From positions 320,001 through 384,000 of the forward strand of contig CBDCTJ010000007.1 in NCBI GenBank assembly GCA_965222115.1: a DNA stretch of 64,000 nucleotides, given 5' to 3'. The position numbers were made by a program, and so were the translations under genes. Below are positions 35,494 through 44,507 of the stretch, one piece after another. The stretch comes from Planctomycetota bacterium. GTDB taxonomy: Bacteria; Planctomycetota; PLA2; JAEUHO01. Under the pieces are notes generated by a model. The model was not told the DNA's origin. It ran no database searches and saw nothing but the letters and a program-made list of their open reading frames with translations. How positions within the stretch are numbered: the stretch's first letter is position 1; each line of letters opens with the position of its first letter.

Positions 35494-36159
35494 CTAGTTT
35501 GGGAATTCCAATCGGTAGCCGACGCCCCAAACGGTAGCGATGCATGATGCATGCTCGCCAAGCTTCTTTCGAAGTCGTGACATGTGTACGTCGAGTGTGC
35601 GCTCGGTCCCCTCCCGATTGGGATCAAGTACGTGATCCGCCAACCAGCTTCTGGGAATCGCAGTGCCCGCCCGAGAAGCCAATGCAGCAAGGAGATCGAA
35701 CTCAATGGGCGTGAGTGATACAAGCTCTCCATCGACTGCTAGTTTTCGTCCCTCTAAGTCCACAATCAATGGACCCATTTCTATTCGTCCTTTGCGCTGC
35801 AGCGTGGGTCGACGCAGGCGTGCACGCACGCGGGCGAGCAGTTCATCAGGCCAAAACGGTTTCGTCACAAAGTCGTCGGCGCCGAGTTTCAACGCTCGTA
35901 CTTTGTCGTGGGTCTCGTTTCTCGCACTGAGCACGAGGACGGGAACGTCGTACGTGCTTCGTAGCTGCTTTAGCACGTCGAGCCCGTGCGCACCCGGCAA
36001 CATGAGGTCGAGGATCACGAGACTGTATGCATCCTTATCGTGCGCGATGGCCTCAGTTCCGTTCTTGATCCACCGCGTATCAAATCCGTCTCGGCGCAAA
36101 TGCTCGACGACCTGAGCGCCAAGCCTTTCGTCATCTTCGACCAATAGAATTGTATGCAA
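35494..36159 (-). CDS. OmpR-family response regulator
   Basis: ILLVEDD, LDLMLPG, GADDFVTKPF, LT..EF.LL, RTLDVHMSRLRKKL, TVWGVGYR. Start approximate (TTG). Confidence 0.94.
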   Translation of the reverse strand: MHTILLVEDDERLGAQVVEHLRRDGFDTRWIKNGTEAIAHDKDAYSLVILDLMLPGAHGLDVLKQLRSTYDVPVLVLSARNETHDKVRALKLGADDFVTKPFWPDELLARVRARLRRPTLQRKGRIEMGPLIVDLEGRKLAVDGELVSLTPIEFDLLAALASRAGTAIPRSWLADHVLDPNREGTERTLDVHMSRLRKKLGEHASCIATVWGVGYRLEFPN

Positions 36160-36333
36160 TGGTTCTCGCAGCGAACTCGTGTAGCGGTTGTGCGTTAGGT
36201 GTACCCGATCGCAGGCAACCATTGCAATTCCAACACACGACAAATCGGCCGCGCCTTAAGAGTTTCGAAAGGTCTTACGAGCGAGACCTCACTGCAGGGC
36301 AAGACGAAAGGCAGCATACCGTACGCCAAAGCA

Positions 36334-37905
36334 CTAACGCCACTTCGGCGTTCGCGTGAGTACGCGCGCTGGCAGGCGCGACGAGGACGAGCCAAACGTG
36401 GGCTTGGGCGAGCCGCCGCGATTGGGGCCCGGCAGCAACGTGTTACGCATGTCGCTGACTTCACTTGCGGTAAACGGCACGGCGTTGGGGGTACTCAAAT
36501 CGGAATCGGAGAGCCCGCCCGATGGATACATAAGCGTATCGGGTGAAATGTTGTGACCCAGCCCCACGCTATGGGCAATCTCGTGGGCCGTCGTGAGCGC
36601 AAGTCCACGCATGAACCATGTCATGAGTTCATCGAGCGTGTCGTGCCGGTTACCGGACGATGGTCGATCATAGAGCATGTCAGCGATAATCGTTTCGTCG
36701 GCGGTCGAAACACGAGCACCACCACTGAGCATCATGCCAGACTGCCAGTTTTCAAAGAGATCGGCGATCTCATCTACGAACGTACCCAGTCGGTCGCCGT
36801 CGGTTCCACCATCGTGCTCTACGAAGGGATTGCCAGGATCTTCCCACGCACGACCTAACGCTGAATCCCCGGGTGAGGCAAGATCGGCGATTTCCATGAT
36901 GCTGTATTCGTTGGCGCTGGCCGGACCATACCCGGCCTCCGGCGGTGCCGTATACATCGAAGGATTGGGTTGAAAATAGGGAAATGAAATCGCAAGCCCG
37001 TTTGCGCCCTCGGTCCCGTCGCCGTTGCGCAGGTAAATCAAATTGACTTCACGTAGGAGGTATACCCGCGCTGTCATTTCGACAAGCCGCTCAAGCCGTT
37101 CGTAGTCCTCGGTAGATCCGGGCGAGGACGGCAACAGGCCCACAAACGAAAGCGCACTCAGAAAATCGGTATCAAAGGTATGCGTGCCGCGCTTCTTCGC
37201 GGTGGAGATCCACCATACGTCCGTTGTGCCAAAGCGCGCAATGTGATCGGCGGCGGGGTTCTCGGACACCGAAATCGACACGGTGGCTTCCGCACCGGTG
37301 CCATCGTCCACAACGCGAAGTGTGTCCGTAGAACTTGTGGTTGCTCCGGGTACCCAGGTTGCAGTGCCCGCGGCGTTATCTACTGCGGAATAGCTGCCCG
37401 CGCTCCCATTGGTAGACACGCTAAACGTGACAGGGCCGGTCTCACCAATTGCTTCCACAAATACCGGAGCGCCGCTCCACGCTTCACCGCCCGTCGTGCC
37501 ACTGGTGACACGAAGTGCGAAATCTTCGACGTCAAATGTGTAGTTCTTGGATGTACTTGTGGATGCGTCGGTCACTTCAATGGTGACGGAAAAGCTGCCC
37601 TCACTTGTGGGCGTACCACTAACGACCCCGGCAGGCGAGAGCGTCACGCCCGCAGGAAACGCGCCGCCGGAGCGCGTCCACGTCACCGCGCCATTGGTAT
37701 GGATGGCCTGCATCTGCACCGAGCTATAGACCGTGTTGACGACACCATCGGGAAGTGTGGCCGTTTGAATGGTGAGCACCGGTGCAGGCGTCGAATCGTC
37801 ACCGCCTCCACCCGTTCCACATGCGGAAACGGAGCAGAGGGCGGCAACGGCGAGTACGAAGGATGCGTATCGTTGGCGTAGCGACACGCGGTCTTGAGTT
37901 GACAT
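36334..37905 (-). CDS. Lipoprotein with a putative Ig (He_PIG) domain and C-terminal metzincin metalloprotease
   Basis: Lipobox VSAC, LPDG.V...Y..P.G.TLS..G..SGTP Ig repeat, HEIAHSVGLGH zinc motif, TLMYP Met-turn. Confidence 0.85.
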   Translation of the reverse strand: MSTQDRVSLRQRYASFVLAVAALCSVSACGTGGGGDDSTPAPVLTIQTATLPDGVVNTVYSSVQMQAIHTNGAVTWTRSGGAFPAGVTLSPAGVVSGTPTSEGSFSVTIEVTDASTSTSKNYTFDVEDFALRVTSGTTGGEAWSGAPVFVEAIGETGPVTFSVSTNGSAGSYSAVDNAAGTATWVPGATTSSTDTLRVVDDGTGAEATVSISVSENPAADHIARFGTTDVWWISTAKKRGTHTFDTDFLSALSFVGLLPSSPGSTEDYERLERLVEMTARVYLLREVNLIYLRNGDGTEGANGLAISFPYFQPNPSMYTAPPEAGYGPASANEYSIMEIADLASPGDSALGRAWEDPGNPFVEHDGGTDGDRLGTFVDEIADLFENWQSGMMLSGGARVSTADETIIADMLYDRPSSGNRHDTLDELMTWFMRGLALTTAHEIAHSVGLGHNISPDTLMYPSGGLSDSDLSTPNAVPFTASEVSDMRNTLLPGPNRGGSPKPTFGSSSSRLPARVLTRTPKWR

Positions 37906-37959
37906 GGCGATGCTCCGATATTCCTTGGCTCAGGTAGCCAAATTCTACATCGGTGTGTA

Positions 37960-38691
37960 TTAGACGAGTCTTGGAGAAACGGCAGGACGCTGGACGGGAA
38001 GATCTCGTTGAGGATCAAGCCCGTCGAGGACCGATGCCACTGCATCATCCATGCCCTGCCAACTGAAGTAACCGAGTTGCATATGATCCGGCGCGTGATC
38101 GGGCGGGACGCCATCGCGCGGCGGTCGATGCCGCCCATCGGTCGTGACGTTGATGTTGATCGCCCCGGGAACCGGGGAACCCGCGTACCAGAGCGGGTAA
38201 CCGGTACATCGCTTCCAGCAACCGTTTCGTTGGTAGACGTTCACGATGGTCGTGTTGGGCGCATCGGCAAACCGCACGCGTGAACGGAGCGTTCGCACCG
38301 GATCCAACACGCCAACGCGCAAGGAGACGGCCTCGGGCGTAAGTGCGGGATGCAGTCGCCAGGGTGCCCGCACGAGCCTCGAAGCAAGTTGCAAGGCGGT
38401 CCAACCGCCCCAACTGAAGCCCACGATCCGCACGTCTACGCGTGCCGATGGATCGCGATCCCTCAGCGTGGGTGAAACACTCAGGCCTTCGCGCACTTGC
38501 GCCTGAAGTGACTGCCACGCGCGTCCGCGTGCTCGTGAAGCGAACACATACTCCGTTCGGCGATGTACCGCGCGGCGCCATCCGCAGTCGCGCCCATCTT
38601 GAAACGCCCCGAGCAGTGCCACCTTCGCTACAACCGGTTGCGGTGACGTCTCGTGCGAGCTCGTTTCGCCTGCATTCATCTTGATGGACAA
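37960..38691 (-). CDS. Alpha/beta-hydrolase fold protein
   Basis: IVGFSWGG nucleophile elbow, LDPV, C-terminal DH. Confidence 0.65.
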   Translation of the reverse strand: MSIKMNAGETSSHETSPQPVVAKVALLGAFQDGRDCGWRRAVHRRTEYVFASRARGRAWQSLQAQVREGLSVSPTLRDRDPSARVDVRIVGFSWGGWTALQLASRLVRAPWRLHPALTPEAVSLRVGVLDPVRTLRSRVRFADAPNTTIVNVYQRNGCWKRCTGYPLWYAGSPVPGAININVTTDGRHRPPRDGVPPDHAPDHMQLGYFSWQGMDDAVASVLDGLDPQRDLPVQRPAVSPRLV

Positions 38692-38755
38692 CTGCTCCGA
38701 CGCGGTCGACGTGTCACTCTAGCCCGTCCTAGGGGTAACGCCCGAACAAACGCCA

Positions 38756-39520
38756 CTACGTAGCAAGGTCGGGATCCTCGTCGGTCACTTCATCGTCGCG
38801 ATCCCGGATGGCGCGCTCGGCTTGACGTAGCCGATCCACGCGCCCCACGTCGTACCAAAGGTGTTCATCGACACGGAACGCACGAATCGGATGGCGCGCC
38901 GCCGCCAATCGCATGTAGGGATCGAGAATAGAGAACACGCCCTGCTCTACGATCAAGTCGAGCATCTTGGGCGAGATGACGTGGATGCCGCCAAAGGACA
39001 GTTCCCGCATGGAGCCTTCGGGACGTCGCACAACAAACATAAAGCCCGTTGTGCGATGCCCGCGACCACACAACCCAAAGTCATCGAAGATCAAGTAGCG
39101 CGGCGAGTTGCGTGACGCAATAGCCAGTGTGGCCATGGCGTCGTTCTCGATGTGATCATTGACCATGGCCCGGAGAGGAATGGCGGAAATGATATCGACA
39201 TTGTGAACAAGAATGGGACCACGGGGTTTCAGTCGCTCTGCGGCACACGCAAATCCACCTCCGGTGCCATAGGGCTCCTCGTCTTCCGGCGAGAACACCA
39301 CCTCAATGCCGTAGCCGTTCTTGGACTCCACATGTTCGCGAATCGCGTCGGCAAAGTGGTGCAGATTGACTGCGACGCGTGTAACGCCCGCATCAATCAG
39401 GCGGCGCATGACGCGATCGAGAAGGGGCTCACCGGCAAGCGACACAAGCGCTTTGGGCGTACGGTCCGTCATCGGTCGTAGGCGCGTACCAAACCCAGCC
39501 GCTAAGACGATTGCGTCCAT
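38756..39520 (-). CDS. murU: Nucleotidyltransferase, probable MurNAc-alpha-1-phosphate uridylyltransferase (MurU-like)
   Basis: LAAGFGTRLRP.T...PKAL, TGGG, HNVD, WYDVG; adjacent to an AmgK-like kinase. Confidence 0.82.
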   Translation of the reverse strand: MDAIVLAAGFGTRLRPMTDRTPKALVSLAGEPLLDRVMRRLIDAGVTRVAVNLHHFADAIREHVESKNGYGIEVVFSPEDEEPYGTGGGFACAAERLKPRGPILVHNVDIISAIPLRAMVNDHIENDAMATLAIASRNSPRYLIFDDFGLCGRGHRTTGFMFVVRRPEGSMRELSFGGIHVISPKMLDLIVEQGVFSILDPYMRLAAARHPIRAFRVDEHLWYDVGRVDRLRQAERAIRDRDDEVTDEDPDLAT

Positions 39521-39608
39521 CCGCCGTACGGTACCACCGAGTCGATCATGTCGTCACAGCTGATGTTGTTTTGCGTGCGATCCACTCTCATGAAACAAAA
39601 ATTCTACA

Positions 39609-41054
39609 CTACGTGGGCCATCGCTCGCGCTCGGCGTGTTCCACCGACACCGAAACGTCGAGTGGGGATGAACGCAACAATGCCGCAAGGCGCTCCGCGA
39701 AATACACCGATCGATGTTGTCCGCCTGTACAGCCGAAGTGAATCGAGAGATTCCGAAAGCCACGTGCCTGATAGGCCGCAATGTGCCGACGACTCAGATC
39801 AAGAACATGTGCAAACCAACCCTCAACATCAGGACGCCCACGAAGAAACGTATGGACATTCTCATCGAGCCCCGTGGACGTGCGCATGGAGGCTTGCCGA
39901 CCCGGGTTTTCGATCAACCGACAATCAAATGTGTAGCCGCCCCCGTGCCCGCTGGGGTCCCAGGGTGCGCCCACGCGATAACTGAAACTGAGCACGTGCA
40001 CGTGGAGCTTCTTAGAACCATGGGTACGCGGGGCGTGAGGCCACCGGGTTCGAAGGCGCGCCACGATTTGTGTAAGCTCCGGCGACGCATCGAAAATGGG
40101 TGTGTTTTCGTGGAGCCAACCCAGATTGGTCACCGCATGCGGAATGCTCTGCACAAAGTGAGGCTTTCGCTGGTGAATCCCCAGATAGCCGTAGGCCCCC
40201 ATCGCCTGCAGGATTCGCAACAAGACAAAGTCGTAGAATCGCTTGGACACATCGTCGGCCAGGGCCGGGTCGTGCGCGCGTAGCCGATCGACATAGGCTT
40301 CGAGCAGCTGCTCACGAACATCGGGTGGCATCGCGGCCTTGCCGTCAAAGAGCAGTGCCGCAATGTCGTAGTGCAACGGACCGTGTCGCCCCCCTTGGAA
40401 GTCGATGGTCCATACGCGATCGTCATGAAGCATGAGGTTTCGCGACTGAAAATCGCGATGCAGAAAAAACGACGCCGGCGCGGCCTCAAGCCGAGCAAGC
40501 AAGGCCTGCAGGTCGTCCTCCAGGCGTGCTTCATGAAAGGGAATGTGCGCGAGCTTCAAGAAGCAATACTTGAAGTAATCAACATCCCAGCGCATGGATT
40601 GCCGATCAAATGTCGCGCGCGGGTAACAGCGAGACGTGTCGAGAGTCTTTGCGGCACCGAGCTGCATCGCAACCAGTAGATCCAAGGCCTGCTCGTAGTG
40701 GGCGAGAATCGACGTGGTGAACGGCGACGACGCGTGGTTCTTTCGCGCGGACTCCAGTGCGCGAAAGAGCGTCGTATCGCCCAGATCCTGCAAGAGGTAC
40801 GCATGGCCATCGCTCGCCACGCGAAGGACACGCGGCACCGCAACCCCGGCACCACGCAGTGTTTCGGCGATCGACAAAAAGGCCCGGTTCTCATCCAAGT
40901 CGTGGCCGTAGGCGCCGATCACCGACGTTCCATCGCGGTGCGTCATGCGCACATAGCGGCGCTGACTCCCGTCACCCGCGAGTGCGGTCAACGCGTCTGG
41001 CTCGGCATCAAAGTGCGCGCGAAAGAGCTTCGAAAACGCTTCGACCATCGACAT
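39609..41054 (-). CDS. AmgK-like anomeric sugar kinase fused to a RapZ C-terminal domain
   Basis: GDGS.RRY.R, LQDLG, HRDFQSRN, IDFQGG, RILQAMGAYG; C-terminal SFSY..G.P.D.SG.GGG..FDCR...NPGR and GCTGGQHRSV. Confidence 0.87.
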   Translation of the reverse strand: MSMVEAFSKLFRAHFDAEPDALTALAGDGSQRRYVRMTHRDGTSVIGAYGHDLDENRAFLSIAETLRGAGVAVPRVLRVASDGHAYLLQDLGDTTLFRALESARKNHASSPFTTSILAHYEQALDLLVAMQLGAAKTLDTSRCYPRATFDRQSMRWDVDYFKYCFLKLAHIPFHEARLEDDLQALLARLEAAPASFFLHRDFQSRNLMLHDDRVWTIDFQGGRHGPLHYDIAALLFDGKAAMPPDVREQLLEAYVDRLRAHDPALADDVSKRFYDFVLLRILQAMGAYGYLGIHQRKPHFVQSIPHAVTNLGWLHENTPIFDASPELTQIVARLRTRWPHAPRTHGSKKLHVHVLSFSYRVGAPWDPSGHGGGYTFDCRLIENPGRQASMRTSTGLDENVHTFLRGRPDVEGWFAHVLDLSRRHIAAYQARGFRNLSIHFGCTGGQHRSVYFAERLAALLRSSPLDVSVSVEHAERERWPT

Positions 41055-41202
41055 CCTCGGGAACCGGGGGCAGGGACGTGGCAAGTGTAGCCGCCGAGGA
41101 AAAACCGCCGTGCTTCTTGGTGGCGAAACCAACAAATGCGACCACGTGGTTGAGTTCACGATACGCTGGCAGGCAGCCGCATTGGACCCGAGGGCAAACC
41201 GC

Positions 41203-41529
41203 ATGACGCAACCGCCACCCCCACAGCGTGCGCAACGCAAACAGCGAAGCGCGGGATCTCGACTGACACGATGGTTCGCATGGGTGTTTGGCCCCTCCGT
41301 CATCGTGGGCGCCGCGGTCTGGTTCCTCCTGCGCGACCGCGCCGAGGGCAACAAGCCTCTGATCGTGGCGCTCGTCGCCGCCATACTTTTCGCCTTCCTC
41401 TGGCAGTGGCTGCGCATGCGGCTCACCAAAACCGGCCGCGGCATGGCCTACGCCATGCGGTCCATGTTTCTAGCGTTGCTCTTCGTGGGTGCGGTAGTGG
41501 CAGCGACGTATTTCTTTTGGATTCGGTAG
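41203..41529 (+). CDS. Small three-TM membrane protein
   Basis: Three hydrophobic stretches (FAWVFGPSVIVGAAVWFLL; LIVALVAAILFAFLW; MFLALLFVGAVVAATYFFW); host-like codon usage. Confidence 0.7.
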   Translation: MTQPPPPQRAQRKQRSAGSRLTRWFAWVFGPSVIVGAAVWFLLRDRAEGNKPLIVALVAAILFAFLWQWLRMRLTKTGRGMAYAMRSMFLALLFVGAVVAATYFFWIR

Positions 41530-41536
41530 CTCGTCA

Positions 41537-41599
41537 GGGAGAGGCCGGCTAATTCCTGTGGCCGGAACTACAGCGCTCAAGGAGTCGTTGAGGGACACA
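41537..41599 (-). mobile_element. Degenerate IS terminal remnant (copy 1 of an inverted pair)
   Basis: TCGTTGAGGGACACA (41585-41599) is the exact reverse complement of 44508-44522. A second shared block, GGGAGAGGCCG (41537-41547), matches CGGCCTCTCCC (44562-44572). Confidence 0.65.
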
Positions 41600-41690
41600 C
41601 TCGTAAGTTAAGCGGAACGTGTGGATCTTATCCGTACGCCGTGTCTCCACAGTATCCCTTATCTCGGTGGCGGCAGGTTATGCGGGCCGT

Positions 41691-41950
41691 GCGATGAGTC
41701 AAAGGTCACGAAGTTGGTGGGAAAATACTCGGCTCCGTATCTTGCGTAATAAGCGACACGTATACGTGCAAGCTGATTGCTGTACCTTTCAAGCAAGCTC
41801 GCGCCTCCGCTTCTACGTTGACGGCGCTCGCAAGGGCTCCAGTCCAAAGTCACTAAGTTGGTGGGAAAATACCCGGCTCCGTATCCTGCGGTAAGCGCGA
41901 TGAGTCGAAGGTTACGAAGTTGGTGGGAAAAAGGGCGGCTGGGTACCCTT
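41691..41950. repeat. Three imperfect direct repeats (~55-65 bp), each ending in a small hairpin
   Basis: Invariant core AAGTTGGTGGGAAAA at 41711, 41855 and 41917, each preceded by AGTC.AA.GT.AC and followed by CGGCT..GTA. Confidence 0.85.
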
Positions 41951-43509
41951 TACATTCGTCTAAGTGCTTTCTGAGCGGCTTTGCGGACGACAGGATATGT
42001 AGAGTTAACGGACGATTTTTCGATTGGGGCACGGTATCTCACTCCGAAGGCGGGGTAATTTCCGGCTGCCTCCAATATCGCCCGCGCACAACCGACTCCG
42101 AACTCGCAATTGATAGCTCGCGTTATGGTCTCGCTGATCCCTTCGGCCTGAATCAGTATCCTCGTCAACTCGCGCCACTGATCCTTTTCTACAGTCTTTG
42201 CTTGAATTAGTATTCTCTGAAACTCGGACAGTAGAAATGGGGAGGATTTCGCTAGATTTAGATACCATTTTATAACTTCATCGTCATCCTCGAACAAGAC
42301 GGTTTTGAGCTCCGCTGACACCGCCGTTAGCATCGCTTCGCTACGCGTAGATCTATACATTAGCATCGCAATAATCACTTTGCCTTTATCAGTCTTTACT
42401 TCATGATCGCGAAGCGCTTTTAGTACTTGAGGCGACGGGTTGGATTCAAGTATTCCCGCAGCTTCCATCGAGACTGAATTTGGTCTAATACCTTTACCGT
42501 TTCGGGAAGGGCGCTCCCCTTCGTCCAGAAGCAGCACTAGGGATCTCCGAATTCTTGGAGGGACTTCTGGCAAATCCCTGAGCGAGCGTACAGCTCTTCT
42601 CCGAACAAATGGGTGCCCGCTACCAATTAGATCAAGAATGACCTTCTCAGACGCATTGGTCCAACCATGCAACTTCACGCTTAGCCTTGCGGCCTTTACT
42701 CGCCCAAGTCGAGAATTTGACTTGAGCTCTGTCCTTATCATTCGCCTAAGTGCCGGACTATCGCATGAAGCCGGAGATTCCATCCTCGCAATCGCGCCGA
42801 ACGCTACGTTTCGAATAGCAACGCAACTCGACTTGATTGCCAGTTTCATCGCATGACACTTCGTACTCGCGTCTACCTCCCACAATATTATTGAGCGTAT
42901 GACCACATCACGAAATCGGTCACTGACGAAGATAGAATCTGAACCACACGCAATTTCAGCCAGGGGCCTAATCCAACGAGCCCTTTGTTGCGAGAGAATG
43001 GAGTATGCTACGCTTCTAACGGAATTTACGCTAGAAAACAGAGCCGAGACTAGCGCAGGTGTAACAACGTCATCCGGATAACTTGACGATATGCGGGAAA
43101 GTAGTCTTTCAGCGTTCATGGCTGTCTCATCGGTGCCAATCCGTCCTGTCGAGCCCCATAGCCGTGCATCGACTGTTCGCAGATTGGGATGAGTGATACA
43201 GCTATATAGGCGAACTCGATACTCACTGAGGAGTTCGTACTCGAGGCTGCGTGCACCAGAGTCTTTTATCCAACTATTGGGACTGACACTTACGAATTCG
43301 GTCAACATCTTCATCAATGCACTTGCAGTAAACCTAGTCGAAGATTCTTCGGGCGCTGAGCGATCGAGGAGTTGAAGGCACACTTCACTTGAGGACCGAC
43401 TAGAAGTACCTTCCTTAGAAGTTGCGAAAAGAGCGATGCATGAATAGGCGAAACAGAGCGCAGCACCACCTACAATCCAACCAGTCCGGTGGCCCAGCAA
43501 AGCTTTCAT
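41950..43509 (-). CDS. HEAT-repeat-like protein with N-terminal TM/signal; candidate Rhs immunity or partner protein
   Basis: 519 aa, visibly lower GC. Repeated VR..A...L motifs (VRSVAYSIL, IRNVAFGAI, VRRRAVRSL, VRKAAQKAL). Starts 43 bp downstream of the Rhs gene. Confidence 0.7.
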   Translation of the reverse strand: MKALLGHRTGWIVGGAALCFAYSCIALFATSKEGTSSRSSSEVCLQLLDRSAPEESSTRFTASALMKMLTEFVSVSPNSWIKDSGARSLEYELLSEYRVRLYSCITHPNLRTVDARLWGSTGRIGTDETAMNAERLLSRISSSYPDDVVTPALVSALFSSVNSVRSVAYSILSQQRARWIRPLAEIACGSDSIFVSDRFRDVVIRSIILWEVDASTKCHAMKLAIKSSCVAIRNVAFGAIARMESPASCDSPALRRMIRTELKSNSRLGRVKAARLSVKLHGWTNASEKVILDLIGSGHPFVRRRAVRSLRDLPEVPPRIRRSLVLLLDEGERPSRNGKGIRPNSVSMEAAGILESNPSPQVLKALRDHEVKTDKGKVIIAMLMYRSTRSEAMLTAVSAELKTVLFEDDDEVIKWYLNLAKSSPFLLSEFQRILIQAKTVEKDQWRELTRILIQAEGISETITRAINCEFGVGCARAILEAAGNYPAFGVRYRAPIEKSSVNSTYPVVRKAAQKALRRM

Positions 43510-43552
43510 TTGTTGTCCGCCTTCATCAGTGGACCGCCAGCCCCCGTGTGTG

Positions 43553-44500
43553 TCAACTTCGAGACGAAGAGGACAAAGGAGAAGAAAATGTGAAATCTAT
43601 GGTTGGGTTAGGTTGAGACATCGTTATTTCTATCCGCCAATAATAGAAATATGAAGTCACGACTTGATGCGTGTCGAGATTTACAAGATATAACTTGAAA
43701 AAGACCTGAAGCGAATACCAATTATGACCCGACAAGTCTTTGATGCCTGTGTACTCCTCAATTTTTGCGAGCAAGATTGTAGGGTCGGCTCTCGCGCTAT
43801 TTTCGTTTTCTTGACCGACTCCCGGAAAGTCTAGCATCCCTTGCGCGTCCCCTGAAGTCCCCTGATTTCGATACCACGGATCGCCTCTCCCTTGTCCATT
43901 GTTGTCCAGTCCCCATTCGCTCATCATGTCACCGGTAACATTGCTCGGTGAGTCTCCGAACATCAGCCACCACATTCGATACTGGACCCACGCATATCTG
44001 TGCTTTCCGGAGTGTCGGGCTGAGACACGGATCTTAAAGGTGTTTGGATGATTGCGTACGATAGAACAACCATTACGGCTGTTCTTCGCTACACGAATAC
44101 CGCCGGGGTTTGTCTTAGTCAAAGGACCAGGTGGATCAGCAAATTCCTCGTCGGAATTCGGATTCGTACCGGGGACATCTCTGTCATCTGGGCCAGTAAC
44201 CGTAAGACCGCTGGGATCCCGGTGGTTAGTAGGTGCGGAGCGCACATATTGGTAAAGATTGGGCCCTTCTTTCAATCCAAGTGAATCCCGCTGAATGAAC
44301 CTACCAATTCTAGTGGAAAACGCCCTCGCCCGATACTGCCAAAGCCCCGACTCTTCATCGTACCACCGCCCCGTGTACCCAACATCCTGCCCAAGCGGAT
44401 CACTCCCTTGAGCCACGCCCCCGCGCGTAATCGTCCACTCGCCATAAGGCGTATACCGATACTCAGCAGCCTCGGTCTCGTCCTCCTCGCTAATGAACAT
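43553..44500 (-). CDS. Orphan Rhs repeat-associated core with an unknown C-terminal (toxin-like) domain; 5'-truncated
   Basis: YRYTPYGE, GYTGRWYD.ESGL..YRAR, GRFIQRD, NLYQYV...P....DPSGL, then ~215 aa of unique sequence. Confidence 0.88.
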   Translation of the reverse strand: MFISEEDETEAAEYRYTPYGEWTITRGGVAQGSDPLGQDVGYTGRWYDEESGLWQYRARAFSTRIGRFIQRDSLGLKEGPNLYQYVRSAPTNHRDPSGLTVTGPDDRDVPGTNPNSDEEFADPPGPLTKTNPGGIRVAKNSRNGCSIVRNHPNTFKIRVSARHSGKHRYAWVQYRMWWLMFGDSPSNVTGDMMSEWGLDNNGQGRGDPWYRNQGTSGDAQGMLDFPGVGQENENSARADPTILLAKIEEYTGIKDLSGHNWYSLQVFFKLYLVNLDTHQVVTSYFYYWRIEITMSQPNPTIDFTFSSPLSSSSRS

Positions 44501-44507
44501 GACCGAC

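Noticed and set aside
36250-36285. OmpR-type binding direct repeat (CTTAAGAG / CTTACGAG)
   Set aside because: Too short, and the spacing does not fit a clear 10-11 bp period.
41691-41950. CRISPR array
   Set aside because: Only three copies, degenerate, with irregular spacing (two are adjacent with no spacer) and no cas genes in the window.
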